Shown: positions 26,296-35,662, counted from the first letter of the stretch. The stretch: DNA of 64,000 nt from a virus (IMGVR_UViG_3300029305_004380:2042-66041), one strand, 5' to 3'. Notes: a model not told the origin generated them from the letters alone. A program made the numbers and translations.

Positions 26296-26332
26296 TAAAA
26301 AAGGATTAGACGTTTAATCTAATCCTTTTAAA
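26296..26332 (-). terminator. intrinsic terminator (AGGATTAGA / TCTAATCCT)
   Basis: A 9 bp stem and 7 nt loop with A and T runs. It lies at the stop of gene 26333..26971 and directly upstream of P3. Confidence 0.6.
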
Positions 26333-26971
26333 TTATCTCGGTTCTAAATACAATGAACTCCAATAATCACTATATTGTAATATCGTTAATAATTTATTCT
26401 GTTTAAAATTAACTTTTTCAACCTTATCATATGGTGAATTATGATATAATATTGCAACCCATTCGTCTTCATCTAAATCTATAAATTTTTGTAAAATATA
26501 TAATGATTCGGATTCATGTGGGTTATATTCTGCTTCATCAAACAAATACGGTGGAGTAGCTTTATAACCCGCAGCTTTTTGCTTTTCAGTTGGCTCATTT
26601 TCAATATAATCATCGTGTTTTCCTAAATCATGAAATAATGCATCTGTAATTACTTTATATATAGGAATATCACAATTGAGTGATTTATTTAAATTTAAAG
26701 CTGTTTTTGTAACTAAATTCGAATGTAAAAGCAAACCATGTCTTATACATAGATGATACTTTGTAGATGCAGGTGCTTGTATGAAATGACTTTCATTAAT
26801 AATAAATGTTATTAATTTTTCAAAATCGTTAAATCTTTTTTGTAATTTTTCTCTTAATGAAATATCTTCACAACCATTTATGTAAAGTTGTAAATTTGTT
26901 TGAGCTTTATTACAAAAATTTTCAAACGTTTTTATTTCTCTTTCAATTTCTTCTTGATTTAATTCTCTCAT
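26333..26971 (-). CDS. HD-domain phosphohydrolase (212 aa)
   Basis: H-x28-LFHDLGKH classic HD motif, with downstream conserved His and Asp residues. Confidence 0.65.
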   Translation of the reverse strand: MRELNQEEIEREIKTFENFCNKAQTNLQLYINGCEDISLREKLQKRFNDFEKLITFIINESHFIQAPASTKYHLCIRHGLLLHSNLVTKTALNLNKSLNCDIPIYKVITDALFHDLGKHDDYIENEPTEKQKAAGYKATPPYLFDEAEYNPHESESLYILQKFIDLDEDEWVAILYHNSPYDKVEKVNFKQNKLLTILQYSDYWSSLYLEPR

Positions 26972-27026
26972 AATTTATTTCTCCTTTTCTTTATTAACTA
27001 TAATTGCAAACTTAAACATTTATTAT

Positions 27027-27224
27027 TTATAAATTATCAATTTTATTTAAATTAAATGTTTTACCTCTTGGTCCTTTTTTGTATACAATGCATTTATCAT
27101 CTGCATCACAAGGTCTCATATGTCCTGTGAACAATATATATTCACATGTCCATGGAAACATAGATGATGCTCTATATATACAAGTATTGCATTTACATTT
27201 TTTATACTTATTCATATGCATCAA
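27027..27224 (-). CDS. small Cys-rich protein (65 aa)
   Basis: ORF track; CKCNTC...C...C...C pattern. Confidence 0.4.
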   Translation of the reverse strand: MMHMNKYKKCKCNTCIYRASSMFPWTCEYILFTGHMRPCDADDKCIVYKKGPRGKTFNLNKIDNL

Positions 27225-27232
27225 ATTCCTTT

Positions 27233-29830
27233 TTAATTTATTTTATCGATTTTGTATATATAATTATGTTTAATTTCTTTATAAATATATTTCTCTATAA
27301 TCGGATATATATATGTTTGAATATATAATAAATACAATAATTTGTAAAGTTTTTCATCACATGCATGTTCACTATAATATCTAAATTTTGAATTTCTCAT
27401 TTCATCAATAAATATATCTTTAATTTCATCATATCTTGTATGAGCAGTCTCAAAATTATTTATTACAAAACATGTAGTTTCAATAAATGTTAAAAACCAA
27501 TTTTCATTTTTAAAATCTTTATCATCAATATAAAATTCACCGTTATTCCACACATTGTGTTTTTTAGCATATGTCTTTATTTCATCTACAATATATCCTA
27601 ATTTTTTAATATCTAAAGCTTCTCGTTCATTTATTTCTTCAATTGATGTATCACTATCAAATGATTCTTCATAAAAAGATTTATCAACTTCATCATATGT
27701 TAATTCAGGATGAGTTACTAAATCACTTAATTTTGCAAATGTTCTTTTTGTAGATGGTCCACATACACATCTGATATGAGTGGCATAATATAAGTCAATG
27801 TTTAATTTATTAGGCTTTATTTTATCATAATTGTCATTAAATAAATTAGATAGTTTTAAATACTCACCGGCCATTAAATATTTAGCGAACTGTTTAGCTC
27901 GTCTGTCAGTAAAATTTCTAACATTATTAATTATTTTCCAATGTGAAATAAGTTCTTTCCAATTATATTTAGAAATATCATCTACATACTGTGTAATTAA
28001 TTGTTCTTCATAAAATTCTCTATCTGTTAAAAACTTATAAGCAATTTTAAAATATTTAATTAAATAACTATAATCTAATGATGAATAATATCCAGTTGTG
28101 CTATCTCTTGAAGAACCAAATTGACCAATCTTTTTAGTATCTATAAAATACTTCATCCATATAGAATTCATATATTCAAGATTAATAAATTCAGAAGTCT
28201 CTACTTCAAAATTAGCCTTATTTTTTCTTTCATTCCACCAATCGTCTTTTTTAACAGCTATAAAAATTCTATCATTTTCAATAAGATTAATTTTATAAAG
28301 TCCAGAAGATACTTTACAATCTCTTGTAGTATTCAATTCTCCTCGAGCTCTATTGGCACTATATGTCTTACCATTACTTTCTCGAATAGATTGAATAACT
28401 AAAATAGTATCTCCAACATGATTATATTCATTTATATTTTCTACAAAGTCGGCAAAATTTCCATATCTATTATCATCTAACCAAGCATTTGCATAATTAT
28501 GAATAATATATTTAGATGTAAATCTAATATCTACTTTTTCAGGTACAGTAAGTATTTCTCTATGTTCAATTAGTCCTTGAACTACACTTAAAGCAAAATA
28601 TCTCGAAACGGCTTCACCAATAGGAGTGTTAGGAGTTTTATCATTTTCATCTATTTGTTTTACTTCAGGTTTATATATTACATCTTCTATGAAAGATAAT
28701 TTATGCTCATCCATATCAGTTTTGTCATTATCCCATTCTTCTTCAAGCCAACCCACATATAAATTTTCACCATTTCTAACAACAAATCCAATTTTATTTC
28801 CATGCAACATATCGTATGACTCTAAAATATCATCATCACTGTTGTAAAAATAATTTTTATTTGTTTTAGAACATCTAAAAAATGATATACATTTTAGTTG
28901 AGGACAAAACATTTCCATAACGGAATCCGAATATTTAAGTACTTCTTCTAAAAGTTTATAATTGCCTTCAATATCATCAGTATATATACTCATGGTTTTA
29001 GCTAAATCTTCATTAAGATATAACATTTTTTGATTAAGCACTATAGGTGTTTCTTCTGATTCTTTTTTACCTTCTCTTAATTGAATTAATTCTACAGTTT
29101 CACCTGCAAAACATCTAATAGAATAAATGTTTGTTTTCAACATAAAGATTTGCTGTTTTAATGCTTTTAATTTTTCATTAAATTCAGCCATCTTTTCATC
29201 AAGTTCAGCTATCATTGCTTGTTTCTTAGCCTCAAGTAAATTCATCTTTTCATCTATTTCTTTTTGAATTTTGGCTAATTCATCAGTTTTAGCATTTTTT
29301 ACATTTTCTATTTGTGATTTTAAATTATCCATTAATGTTGTTACTTTCTTTTGCTCACTTTTAACATCATTAATAGATAAATTTGTAATTTCAGCCGGTA
29401 GTTTACTTTCGGTTGCAGGAGTATTTCCATTTATTAACATTCTCTTTACTTCATTTAATGAATACTGAGAATAATCTGTTTCAGGTATAAATTCAACAAA
29501 ATCTTCAAGAATAAATATAGATACTTTACCATAAGATACTACTACATATTTATCAATATGCATATCTACGTTCCATGTAAAATTATTTAATTTAATATAT
29601 GCATCTACAGTTTTAGCATTATCATATCTTAATATATTAACTCCATCTGGTTTAGAATTACAATACTGTTTATTTAATATATTATCAATTGCTTTTGAAA
29701 TAACTTGAGTATCTTTTTCATTCCATTTACCATAAAAATATTGCATATATTCATCGTTAAATTTTACAACATCAAAATTTTCAGATTGAATATACTCCAA
29801 ATATTCATTAAGTTTGATATTAGATTTCAT
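27233..29830 (-). CDS. large protein of unknown function with central coiled-coil (865 aa)
   Basis: ORF track. K/E/L heptad region around residues 150-230. No catalytic motif recognised. Confidence 0.6.
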   Translation of the reverse strand: MKSNIKLNEYLEYIQSENFDVVKFNDEYMQYFYGKWNEKDTQVISKAIDNILNKQYCNSKPDGVNILRYDNAKTVDAYIKLNNFTWNVDMHIDKYVVVSYGKVSIFILEDFVEFIPETDYSQYSLNEVKRMLINGNTPATESKLPAEITNLSINDVKSEQKKVTTLMDNLKSQIENVKNAKTDELAKIQKEIDEKMNLLEAKKQAMIAELDEKMAEFNEKLKALKQQIFMLKTNIYSIRCFAGETVELIQLREGKKESEETPIVLNQKMLYLNEDLAKTMSIYTDDIEGNYKLLEEVLKYSDSVMEMFCPQLKCISFFRCSKTNKNYFYNSDDDILESYDMLHGNKIGFVVRNGENLYVGWLEEEWDNDKTDMDEHKLSFIEDVIYKPEVKQIDENDKTPNTPIGEAVSRYFALSVVQGLIEHREILTVPEKVDIRFTSKYIIHNYANAWLDDNRYGNFADFVENINEYNHVGDTILVIQSIRESNGKTYSANRARGELNTTRDCKVSSGLYKINLIENDRIFIAVKKDDWWNERKNKANFEVETSEFINLEYMNSIWMKYFIDTKKIGQFGSSRDSTTGYYSSLDYSYLIKYFKIAYKFLTDREFYEEQLITQYVDDISKYNWKELISHWKIINNVRNFTDRRAKQFAKYLMAGEYLKLSNLFNDNYDKIKPNKLNIDLYYATHIRCVCGPSTKRTFAKLSDLVTHPELTYDEVDKSFYEESFDSDTSIEEINEREALDIKKLGYIVDEIKTYAKKHNVWNNGEFYIDDKDFKNENWFLTFIETTCFVINNFETAHTRYDEIKDIFIDEMRNSKFRYYSEHACDEKLYKLLYLLYIQTYIYPIIEKYIYKEIKHNYIYKIDKIN

Positions 29831-29867
29831 TAGTAAATCCTCCTTTGTATAAGTATAATAGTATCAT

Positions 29868-30032
29868 TTAATGAGTATTATCTACTATTATTTCACATAC
29901 ATTTGAAGGATAACTACTTCCAGCACAATACCAGCAATCATATTCTGGTTTATATAACCAAACACCATCAACTACATTTGCTCCTACTTTCATAGAACCT
30001 CTAAACATTTTATAACCTTCACACGTTAACAT
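29868..30032 (-). CDS. 54 aa Cys-rich miniprotein, first gene behind P7
   Basis: Manual translation gives MLTCEGYKMFRGSMKVGANVVDGVWLYKPEYDCWYCAGSSYPSNVCEIIVDNTH. An AGAAGGA ribosome-binding site is present. Confidence 0.3.
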   Translation of the reverse strand: MLTCEGYKMFRGSMKVGANVVDGVWLYKPEYDCWYCAGSSYPSNVCEIIVDNTH

Positions 30033-30064
30033 TTATTATTCCTTCTTTCAATTTTTGTATTATA

Positions 30065-30093
30065 ATTATATCAAATATAAATATAAATGTAAA
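30065..30093 (-). promoter_or_regulatory. sigma-A-type promoter P7 (TTTACA, 17 bp spacer, TGATATAAT)
   Basis: Read on the minus strand: TTTACA at 30093-30088, a 17 bp spacer, TGA then TATAAT at 30070-30065. It lies directly downstream of terminator 30130-30178. Confidence 0.55.
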
Positions 30094-30129
30094 CAAAAAA
30101 TTTATAATTATTTGCAAACTTATACATTT

Positions 30130-30178
30130 TTAACAAAAATCAAGAGTTGAATTGTAAAATGTATTCAACTCTTGATAT
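30130..30178 (-). terminator. intrinsic terminator, 14 bp stem (ATCAAGAGTTGAAT / ATTCAACTCTTGAT)
   Basis: Perfect 14 bp inverted repeat and 10 nt loop, with a T-run in the minus-strand sense. Confidence 0.6.
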
Positions 30179-30314
30179 ATTATGATTAATATTTTTTTAA
30201 TTCTCTTTTAAGTTTATTCACTATGTTATGATTTTCTTTCTTAGGTTGTCTACTTTCTAATAATGAAATTCTATTCATAATCATTAATTTTGTTTTCATA
30301 CTTATACTCTCCTT

Positions 30315-30668
30315 TTATTCTTTATAAAAAATTAATTTATACACACAAGTATGTGTAGTTAATTTATCAATATTTATGTCTTCTATTATTAATTCTATTC
30401 CCATATCTGCATATTGTGATATGAGTATTTTACCTATCTCCAACATGATATTTTGTATATCATCTATTTTTAATCTATAATTATCCAAATTAATAGTAAA
30501 AACATATGTGATTTGTCTTGATGATTTTAGGTTTACTTCTTTTTCATAATCTATAACATATTTATTATCAACTATAAGTTGAAAATTCATAGGTATTTTT
30601 AATTTCTTAGGATTATAAAAATTTATTTGCATATTAATCATTTCTCCATTCTTCACATTTGAATCCAT
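30315..30668 (-). CDS. hypothetical protein (117 aa)
   Basis: ORF track. Confidence 0.5.
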   Translation of the reverse strand: MDSNVKNGEMINMQINFYNPKKLKIPMNFQLIVDNKYVIDYEKEVNLKSSRQITYVFTINLDNYRLKIDDIQNIMLEIGKILISQYADMGIELIIEDINIDKLTTHTCVYKLIFYKE

Positions 30669-31005
30669 TTAATCTTAACCAATTAGATACAAGATGTCTA
30701 TGACAAAAATCTTCCGATTTTTCATAACAAATTAATGCAATATCATTTGATTGTTTGTCACATAATTGTTCTAATTCCATTACCACTTCTGAGGCATCCA
30801 GATTATCCAGAATTTCTTTTTTAAATTGTTCTATATAATAACCATTATCTTTATTTTTCTTCCATTCTATAAAAAATTGATATTTAGGAGCCAATCTTTT
30901 ATATTGTAATCCATCCCACCAATCTGGAGCTTTTCCACAAATAGATATTGGAATTATATTTTTAGGTAACTTTTTTAAATTTCCAAAATAACTAGTATAT
31001 ATCAC
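30634..31005 (-). CDS. hypothetical protein (123 aa)
   Basis: ORF track; GGAG ribosome-binding site. Confidence 0.5.
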   Translation of the reverse strand: MIYTSYFGNLKKLPKNIIPISICGKAPDWWDGLQYKRLAPKYQFFIEWKKNKDNGYYIEQFKKEILDNLDASEVVMELEQLCDKQSNDIALICYEKSEDFCHRHLVSNWLRLNGFKCEEWRND

Positions 31006-31019
31006 TCATATCATCTCCT

Positions 31020-31190
31020 TTAACATATATTTAAGATAATATAACTAATTATAAATATCAATCCAGTTAGTATATATGCTCCAATTGGTAAAAATACTAA
31101 ACGTCCAAAATATGAATAATCATTTTTAAATACAAATATAAAACTTATTCCTATAATTAATAATATAACACCAAAAATTAAAATATCCAT
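31020..31190 (-). CDS. 56 aa two-TM membrane miniprotein immediately downstream of the flotillin gene
   Basis: Manual translation gives MDILIFGVILLIIGISFIFVFKNDYSYFGRLVFLPIGAYILTGLIFIISYIILNIC. Not in ORF track (under 60 aa). Confidence 0.35.
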   Translation of the reverse strand: MDILIFGVILLIIGISFIFVFKNDYSYFGRLVFLPIGAYILTGLIFIISYIILNIC

Positions 31191-31208
31191 TTCAACCCAA
31201 CTTATTTA

Positions 31209-32786
31209 TTATTCATCAATATTATCTTCAAGATATGGATTTACTACTTCAGGAAGAGATTCCTTTTCATCATTATTAATAACTGTATTATTTTCAGATG
31301 TACTTAATACACCTAAACCTTTAAGAGGTTCTGCAACTGCTTTAACGGCCTCTGAAACTGAATCATTAAATGATTTACCATTAAGAGCATTATTAGAAAC
31401 ATCTAAATGTTTCATAAGAGTAGGAATTTGTGCAAGAGTATCAAATAATACATTGTTGCCCATACCTGTTCCTGAACCACCAATGTTTACAAATTCTGCA
31501 TTCTTTCCAACTTCAGCCATTACAGTAGCCATATTTGTTGCAATCTGTACTCTTGCTTCATTTTCAATCTTAATTTTTTCAATTTCAAAATTAACCTTAC
31601 CATTTCCTGCTCTTGCTTCAGCTAATGCTTTTTCACCTTCAGCTTCGGCAAGTTTTTTCGCTTTAATTGCTTCAGCTTCTGCAATACCTTGTTTAGTAGT
31701 AATTTCAGCTTGAGTTTCACCTTCAAGTTTTATTTTATTTGCATTAGCTTGAGCTTCTCTTTCAATTGCATTTGCTTTACCAATAGCTTCTTGCTCTAAT
31801 ACTTTAGCTCTTGCTTCTGCATTAATAGTGGAAACGTTTGCTGTTTCTTGAGCTTTAATTTCCGCTTGAACTTTTTCAGCTTCAGCTCTAGTTTTAATAA
31901 CTTCCTTTTCTTTAATTGCGGCTAGATTAGCTTGTTCTTGTCTGACAACTTCAACTTTACCTTCTTGTGCAGCAACTTCTTGCATACGAATAGTTTTCTG
32001 AAGTTCACCTGCAATTGCAGCGTCTGCATTGGCTTTATCTGTTTCCGCTTTGAATTCGGCAATTTTTAAATTATTATTTTTAGTTTTTTCAGCAATTTCA
32101 AGTTCTGTATCAAGTTCACTTTGTTTAGCTATTTTTTCTGATTCTGCATTTTGTTGTCTGATTTGCTGATCAGCCATAGCTCTTACTTGTTCAGCTTCTT
32201 TTCTCTTTTCTTCTCTATCTTTAGCAGCAATATCTTCATAATAACCATTGTTATCTGTAACTTCACCTATATTAAGTGAGATTAATTTAAGACCCATATC
32301 TTTAAGTTCATCTGCAACAGCTTCTTGCACCGTTTGTTTAAACTGTTCTTTTTTAGTAGCTACTTCTTCTGGAGTCATAGTTGCAACAGTGCCAAGTACA
32401 CATCCAGCCAATGTTCTTTTAACATCTTCTTTAATACCATCACTTTTACGTTCTTTAAAAGATACTATTGCTTTAGCAAGAACTTCAGTATCAGATGAAT
32501 CAGGTCTAATTTGAGCAGTCCAATTAATAACGATAGGTACACCTGTCTTTGTCATAATTTCATCTTTATCAGCTGTAACAGTTAACATACATAAATCGAA
32601 TGTATCTGCTCTTCTAAAAATAGGAATTACAAGTCCACCTCCAGAAACTTTATAGATAGGCTCTTTTCCGCCTGTTATTATTAATACTTTATCTACAGGC
32701 ACTGTTTTATATATTTTACAAAGTAAAATAATAAAAGCCACAATAAATAAAATTATTACCCCACCGATTATTAAATATTTTTCCAT
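31209..32786 (-). CDS. flotillin-like SPFH/band-7 protein, FloT-like (525 aa)
   Basis: N-terminal TM helix, an SPFH domain (VPVDKVLIITGG...IPIFRRADTFDL...) and a long Ala/Glu-rich coiled-coil flotillin domain. An AAGGAG ribosome-binding site is present. Local GC is visibly higher than the surrounding sequence. Confidence 0.8.
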   Translation of the reverse strand: MEKYLIIGGVIILFIVAFIILLCKIYKTVPVDKVLIITGGKEPIYKVSGGGLVIPIFRRADTFDLCMLTVTADKDEIMTKTGVPIVINWTAQIRPDSSDTEVLAKAIVSFKERKSDGIKEDVKRTLAGCVLGTVATMTPEEVATKKEQFKQTVQEAVADELKDMGLKLISLNIGEVTDNNGYYEDIAAKDREEKRKEAEQVRAMADQQIRQQNAESEKIAKQSELDTELEIAEKTKNNNLKIAEFKAETDKANADAAIAGELQKTIRMQEVAAQEGKVEVVRQEQANLAAIKEKEVIKTRAEAEKVQAEIKAQETANVSTINAEARAKVLEQEAIGKANAIEREAQANANKIKLEGETQAEITTKQGIAEAEAIKAKKLAEAEGEKALAEARAGNGKVNFEIEKIKIENEARVQIATNMATVMAEVGKNAEFVNIGGSGTGMGNNVLFDTLAQIPTLMKHLDVSNNALNGKSFNDSVSEAVKAVAEPLKGLGVLSTSENNTVINNDEKESLPEVVNPYLEDNIDE

Positions 32787-32986
32787 AATTTATTAATCTC
32801 CTTTTTATGTAACATATTTTTTAGTAACATCAACACCATTATCAAAAATGATATAATCTTTACTTTTGACAATTGTTTTAAATAAATTTATATCTTCGTA
32901 GTTTTGTTTGCATTTTAAATTAGTTAACTCATATTCTTTATAATAAATTTCAAATCTAAATTTTTCCACAACTAATATCTCCTAAT

Positions 32987-33262
32987 TTAATCTATAAAAT
33001 CATGTATCATCTCAATATAAGGTAATGTGCAATTACAAACATTTATGGAATGTTTATTATATTGTTCACACCCTATACAACACTTAGGAGTTTCGCCTGT
33101 ATGCAAATATGAATTATTATTTAAAGGAATAAAATTGTCATTTATTGTTTTGATAATTTTAACTGAATAATCTATTAACAATTGCTTTTCATTTTCCGTT
33201 TTATTGACTAATTCTTCATTTAAAGTTATTAAAATTTTATCTTTTACTTCATTAATATTCAT
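32987..33262 (-). CDS. small Cys-rich protein (91 aa)
   Basis: ORF track; CCIGCEQ...CNC motif. Confidence 0.45.
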   Translation of the reverse strand: MNINEVKDKILITLNEELVNKTENEKQLLIDYSVKIIKTINDNFIPLNNNSYLHTGETPKCCIGCEQYNKHSINVCNCTLPYIEMIHDFID

Positions 33263-33265
33263 AAA

Positions 33266-33535
33266 TTAAATTCCTTTTACTTTTATATATTTATTAAAAT
33301 TTTCATCTACATCAAAATGAGATTTTGCATCAAATTTAATATGATTCAATAACATACTTATTAATTCTCTTGCAATTACTTCACCATTAGGTATAGCTTT
33401 ATAACTATATATTGTCTCATCATCGACATTAATATAATATTCACATTCGCCAATTGTCAAATAAATTCTTTTTATTTTAAAAATATTTATAGCGCTGAGT
33501 CCATTATTATAAATCAAATATGAATTTTCAAACAA
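33266..33535 (-). CDS. hypothetical protein (89 aa)
   Basis: ORF track. Confidence 0.45.
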   Translation of the reverse strand: MFENSYLIYNNGLSAINIFKIKRIYLTIGECEYYINVDDETIYSYKAIPNGEVIARELISMLLNHIKFDAKSHFDVDENFNKYIKVKGI

Positions 33536-33538
33536 TTA

Positions 33539-34039
33539 TTATTCCTCCTTAGATATAAAAAATTTTTCTGCAAGTTGTTTATATATTGCAGTTTTTCTAT
33601 TTTTGTCGTATTTACAATACATTATTGCATCTACTAATGCTTCTTTATATATACTTTCTACATATAATAATTTTTCAAATAACAACATTTTATCATTTTC
33701 TTCTAAATCAGTATTGTTTATAATTTGCAAATATTGTTCTTTATACTTACGTGTCTTAAAAGCATTTATATCGCATGATTCATATTTATGAGGAACTATA
33801 GTTTTGCAATAATTATCTAATGAAATAATAAATTTTTTATAAGGTATGATTTCATATTTATTAATACTTTTAAGAGTATCATAAAATTCTTTAACTTCTA
33901 AATATGATTCATTATTACATTGGTTTAAATAACATACATTTAAGCCATTCAATATTTCATATAATTTATTTATACCATGTAATAATAATTCATTATTATG
34001 TTCTAAAATTCTTAATTTTAATTTACGTTTATTAAACAT
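33539..34039 (-). CDS. hypothetical protein (166 aa)
   Basis: ORF track. Confidence 0.5.
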   Translation of the reverse strand: MFNKRKLKLRILEHNNELLLHGINKLYEILNGLNVCYLNQCNNESYLEVKEFYDTLKSINKYEIIPYKKFIISLDNYCKTIVPHKYESCDINAFKTRKYKEQYLQIINNTDLEENDKMLLFEKLLYVESIYKEALVDAIMYCKYDKNRKTAIYKQLAEKFFISKEE

Positions 34040-34056
34040 TTAATTCACCTCCTTTT

Positions 34057-34512
34057 TTATAAACTTATGTTATTTGAAATAGCATTGCCTATGATAGTTA
34101 ATGATTCAGGTGTCTTAACAAATGAATCAGTCATTAAATAATAATTAGAATTAAAATCTTGTAACACAAGCCCGTCCATATATACTGTAAATCCATCAAA
34201 TTCAATTGGTCCTTTATAATATTTTACTATAAATTCACTCACTGAATCATCAAAATTCACACTTAATATATCATTACTGAATATAGGAGATTTATTTTTA
34301 TCAACTAATGATGTAATTTTACAAATATCATTTTCACTAACTGATATTTTATCATTTTCGGTTGTTAAATAATATAATATACTTTCATCGTCTATTATTT
34401 TTTCATAATCTCCATATACCCATTCATTGTTAATATATGCTTTACAAGTAATATTCATATTTTTTACTCCTCCATTAAACTTTATATATAATATAATTGT
34501 TTTTAAACGCAT
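34057..34512 (-). CDS. hypothetical protein (151 aa)
   Basis: ORF track. Confidence 0.5.
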   Translation of the reverse strand: MRLKTIILYIKFNGGVKNMNITCKAYINNEWVYGDYEKIIDDESILYYLTTENDKISVSENDICKITSLVDKNKSPIFSNDILSVNFDDSVSEFIVKYYKGPIEFDGFTVYMDGLVLQDFNSNYYLMTDSFVKTPESLTIIGNAISNNISL

Positions 34513-34527
34513 ATATTATTTAAAAAC

Positions 34528-34567
34528 AAAAAATAAACCTCATTTTATATGAGGTTTATTTTTTTGG
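34528..34567 (-). terminator. intrinsic terminator (AAACCTCAT / ATGAGGTTT) with A7 and T7 flanks
   Basis: A 9 bp stem and 5 nt loop. It is bidirectional and sits between the tRNA region and gene 34512. Confidence 0.6.
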
Positions 34568-34803
34568 ATAAATTGTAAGTGGATAACAGTTAGAGTCTTC
34601 AAGGTTTTAAGCCTTGAGCTATTGAGCATTAGCCGTATTTTTAACAAAGACTCATGTATAATGAATATTATGTGAAAGAATAAGTATAGCAAAGTAAAAA
34701 CCATAACTTATTTTAATACAAAAAATGGTTGTATGTTAAAACCACACAATGTTTATTTAGAAAGGAATGCAAAATAATGTATTTAAATCACATAATATTC
34801 ATT

Positions 34804-34930
34804 TGGTCGGAATTAAGAGATTCGAACTCTTCTTAATAAATTAATTGTCAAATACAAAATTTTTAAAGGGGAAGTTTCATTTAGTATATTTTAATTTATT
34901 AAGTGTATAACCACTTTATACCTAATTCCG
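34804..34930 (-). ncRNA. aberrant tRNA-like element: intact acceptor stem, D-arm and T-arm with CCA, but a 13 bp helix plus 46 nt loop where the anticodon arm should be
   Basis: Minus-strand read: CGGAATT-AG-GTAT-AAAGTGGTT-ATAC-A-[CTTAATAAATTAA ...46 nt... TTAATTTATTAAG]-AAGAG-TTCGAAT-CTCTT-AATTCCG-A-CCA. The 7 bp acceptor is perfectly paired and the T-loop is canonical. No 5+7+5 anticodon arm can be drawn. Confidence 0.4.
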
Positions 34931-35097
34931 AAATACCGTGTTTTATAAATGTTAAGTACTATGCATTCATATTTTTATTTAAAGTATAAAAACATACACG
35001 GTGATGAAAAACTCCATTTTTTAAAGTAAAAAATATGTAAAACTCAGTTTATTCTATACTTGTAAAAGATTTTCTTTGCGCAACCCGAAAACAGGTT

Positions 35098-35186
35098 TGG
35101 TGCAAGAGAAGGGATTCGAACCCTCAATTCCTCACGGACGACGGATTTTAAGTCCGTTGCATATACCAAAATTCTGCCACTCTTGC
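35098..35186 (-). tRNA. tRNA-Leu (anticodon UAA), type II with long variable arm, CCA encoded
   Basis: Manual cloverleaf. Acceptor GCAAGAG/CTCTTGC, 3 bp D-stem, anticodon stem ACGGA/TCCGT, loop CT-TAA-AA, 15 nt variable arm, T-arm GAGGG-TTCGAAT-CCCTT, discriminator A, CCA. Length 89 nt. Confidence 0.85.
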
Positions 35187-35359
35187 ATGTAAATCATAAG
35201 AATCACCCACTAATTATTAAATAATAACCACTACATTTATATTTAATAATTGCCCACTATCTTACATTAAATCTCTAAAGATTCTACCCGTATGCTTTAT
35301 TAATTAAAAAAGTTGAACAGAAAAAATGAAACAAAGCTATTCATATTACTATGAATATT

Positions 35360-35433
35360 TGGCTGGGGTAAATGGAATCGAACCAATACTCTAAGAATCA
35401 AAATCTTATGTACTACCGTTATACTATACCCCA
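35360..35433 (-). tRNA. tRNA-Gln (anticodon UUG), CCA encoded
   Basis: Manual cloverleaf. Acceptor TGGGGTA/TACCCCA, D-stem GTAT/GTAC, anticodon stem TAAGA/TCTTA, loop TT-TTG-AT, T-loop TTCGATT, discriminator G, CCA. Length 74 nt. Confidence 0.8.
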
Positions 35434-35662
35434 ATATATTAAATATTAAAGGTTGAAAATATATTAAATAATTAAGAAAAGAGGATTTACCAGGAACTCA
35501 ATTCTGGTAAAAAGGTAAATGTTATACTTTCGGAAAATTATTCGAAATGAATATTTTCAACCTTTAATAATTTAAACTAAGTTTAATTTATTCCATCTTA
35601 TATTTATTATAATAGTTTAACTCTAAAGTTATTATTTATTTTTATGATTTTTTTACGATTTT

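Noticed and set aside
11150-26300. Possible CRISPR array or mobile-element terminal repeats suggested by the recurring ttataattgtaaacccttttcttataattgtaat sequence
   Set aside because: There are only three dispersed copies tens of kb apart, with no regular spacer structure and no cas or transposase genes. Each copy resolves into a -35, 17 bp spacer and -10 promoter oriented with the downstream gene, so they are regulatory cassettes.
34804-34930. Third canonical tRNA (tRNA-Ile or similar) next to tRNA-Leu and tRNA-Gln
   Set aside because: No 5 bp stem plus 7 nt loop anticodon arm can be formed; a 59 nt helix-loop takes its place. It is reported as an aberrant tRNA-like element only.
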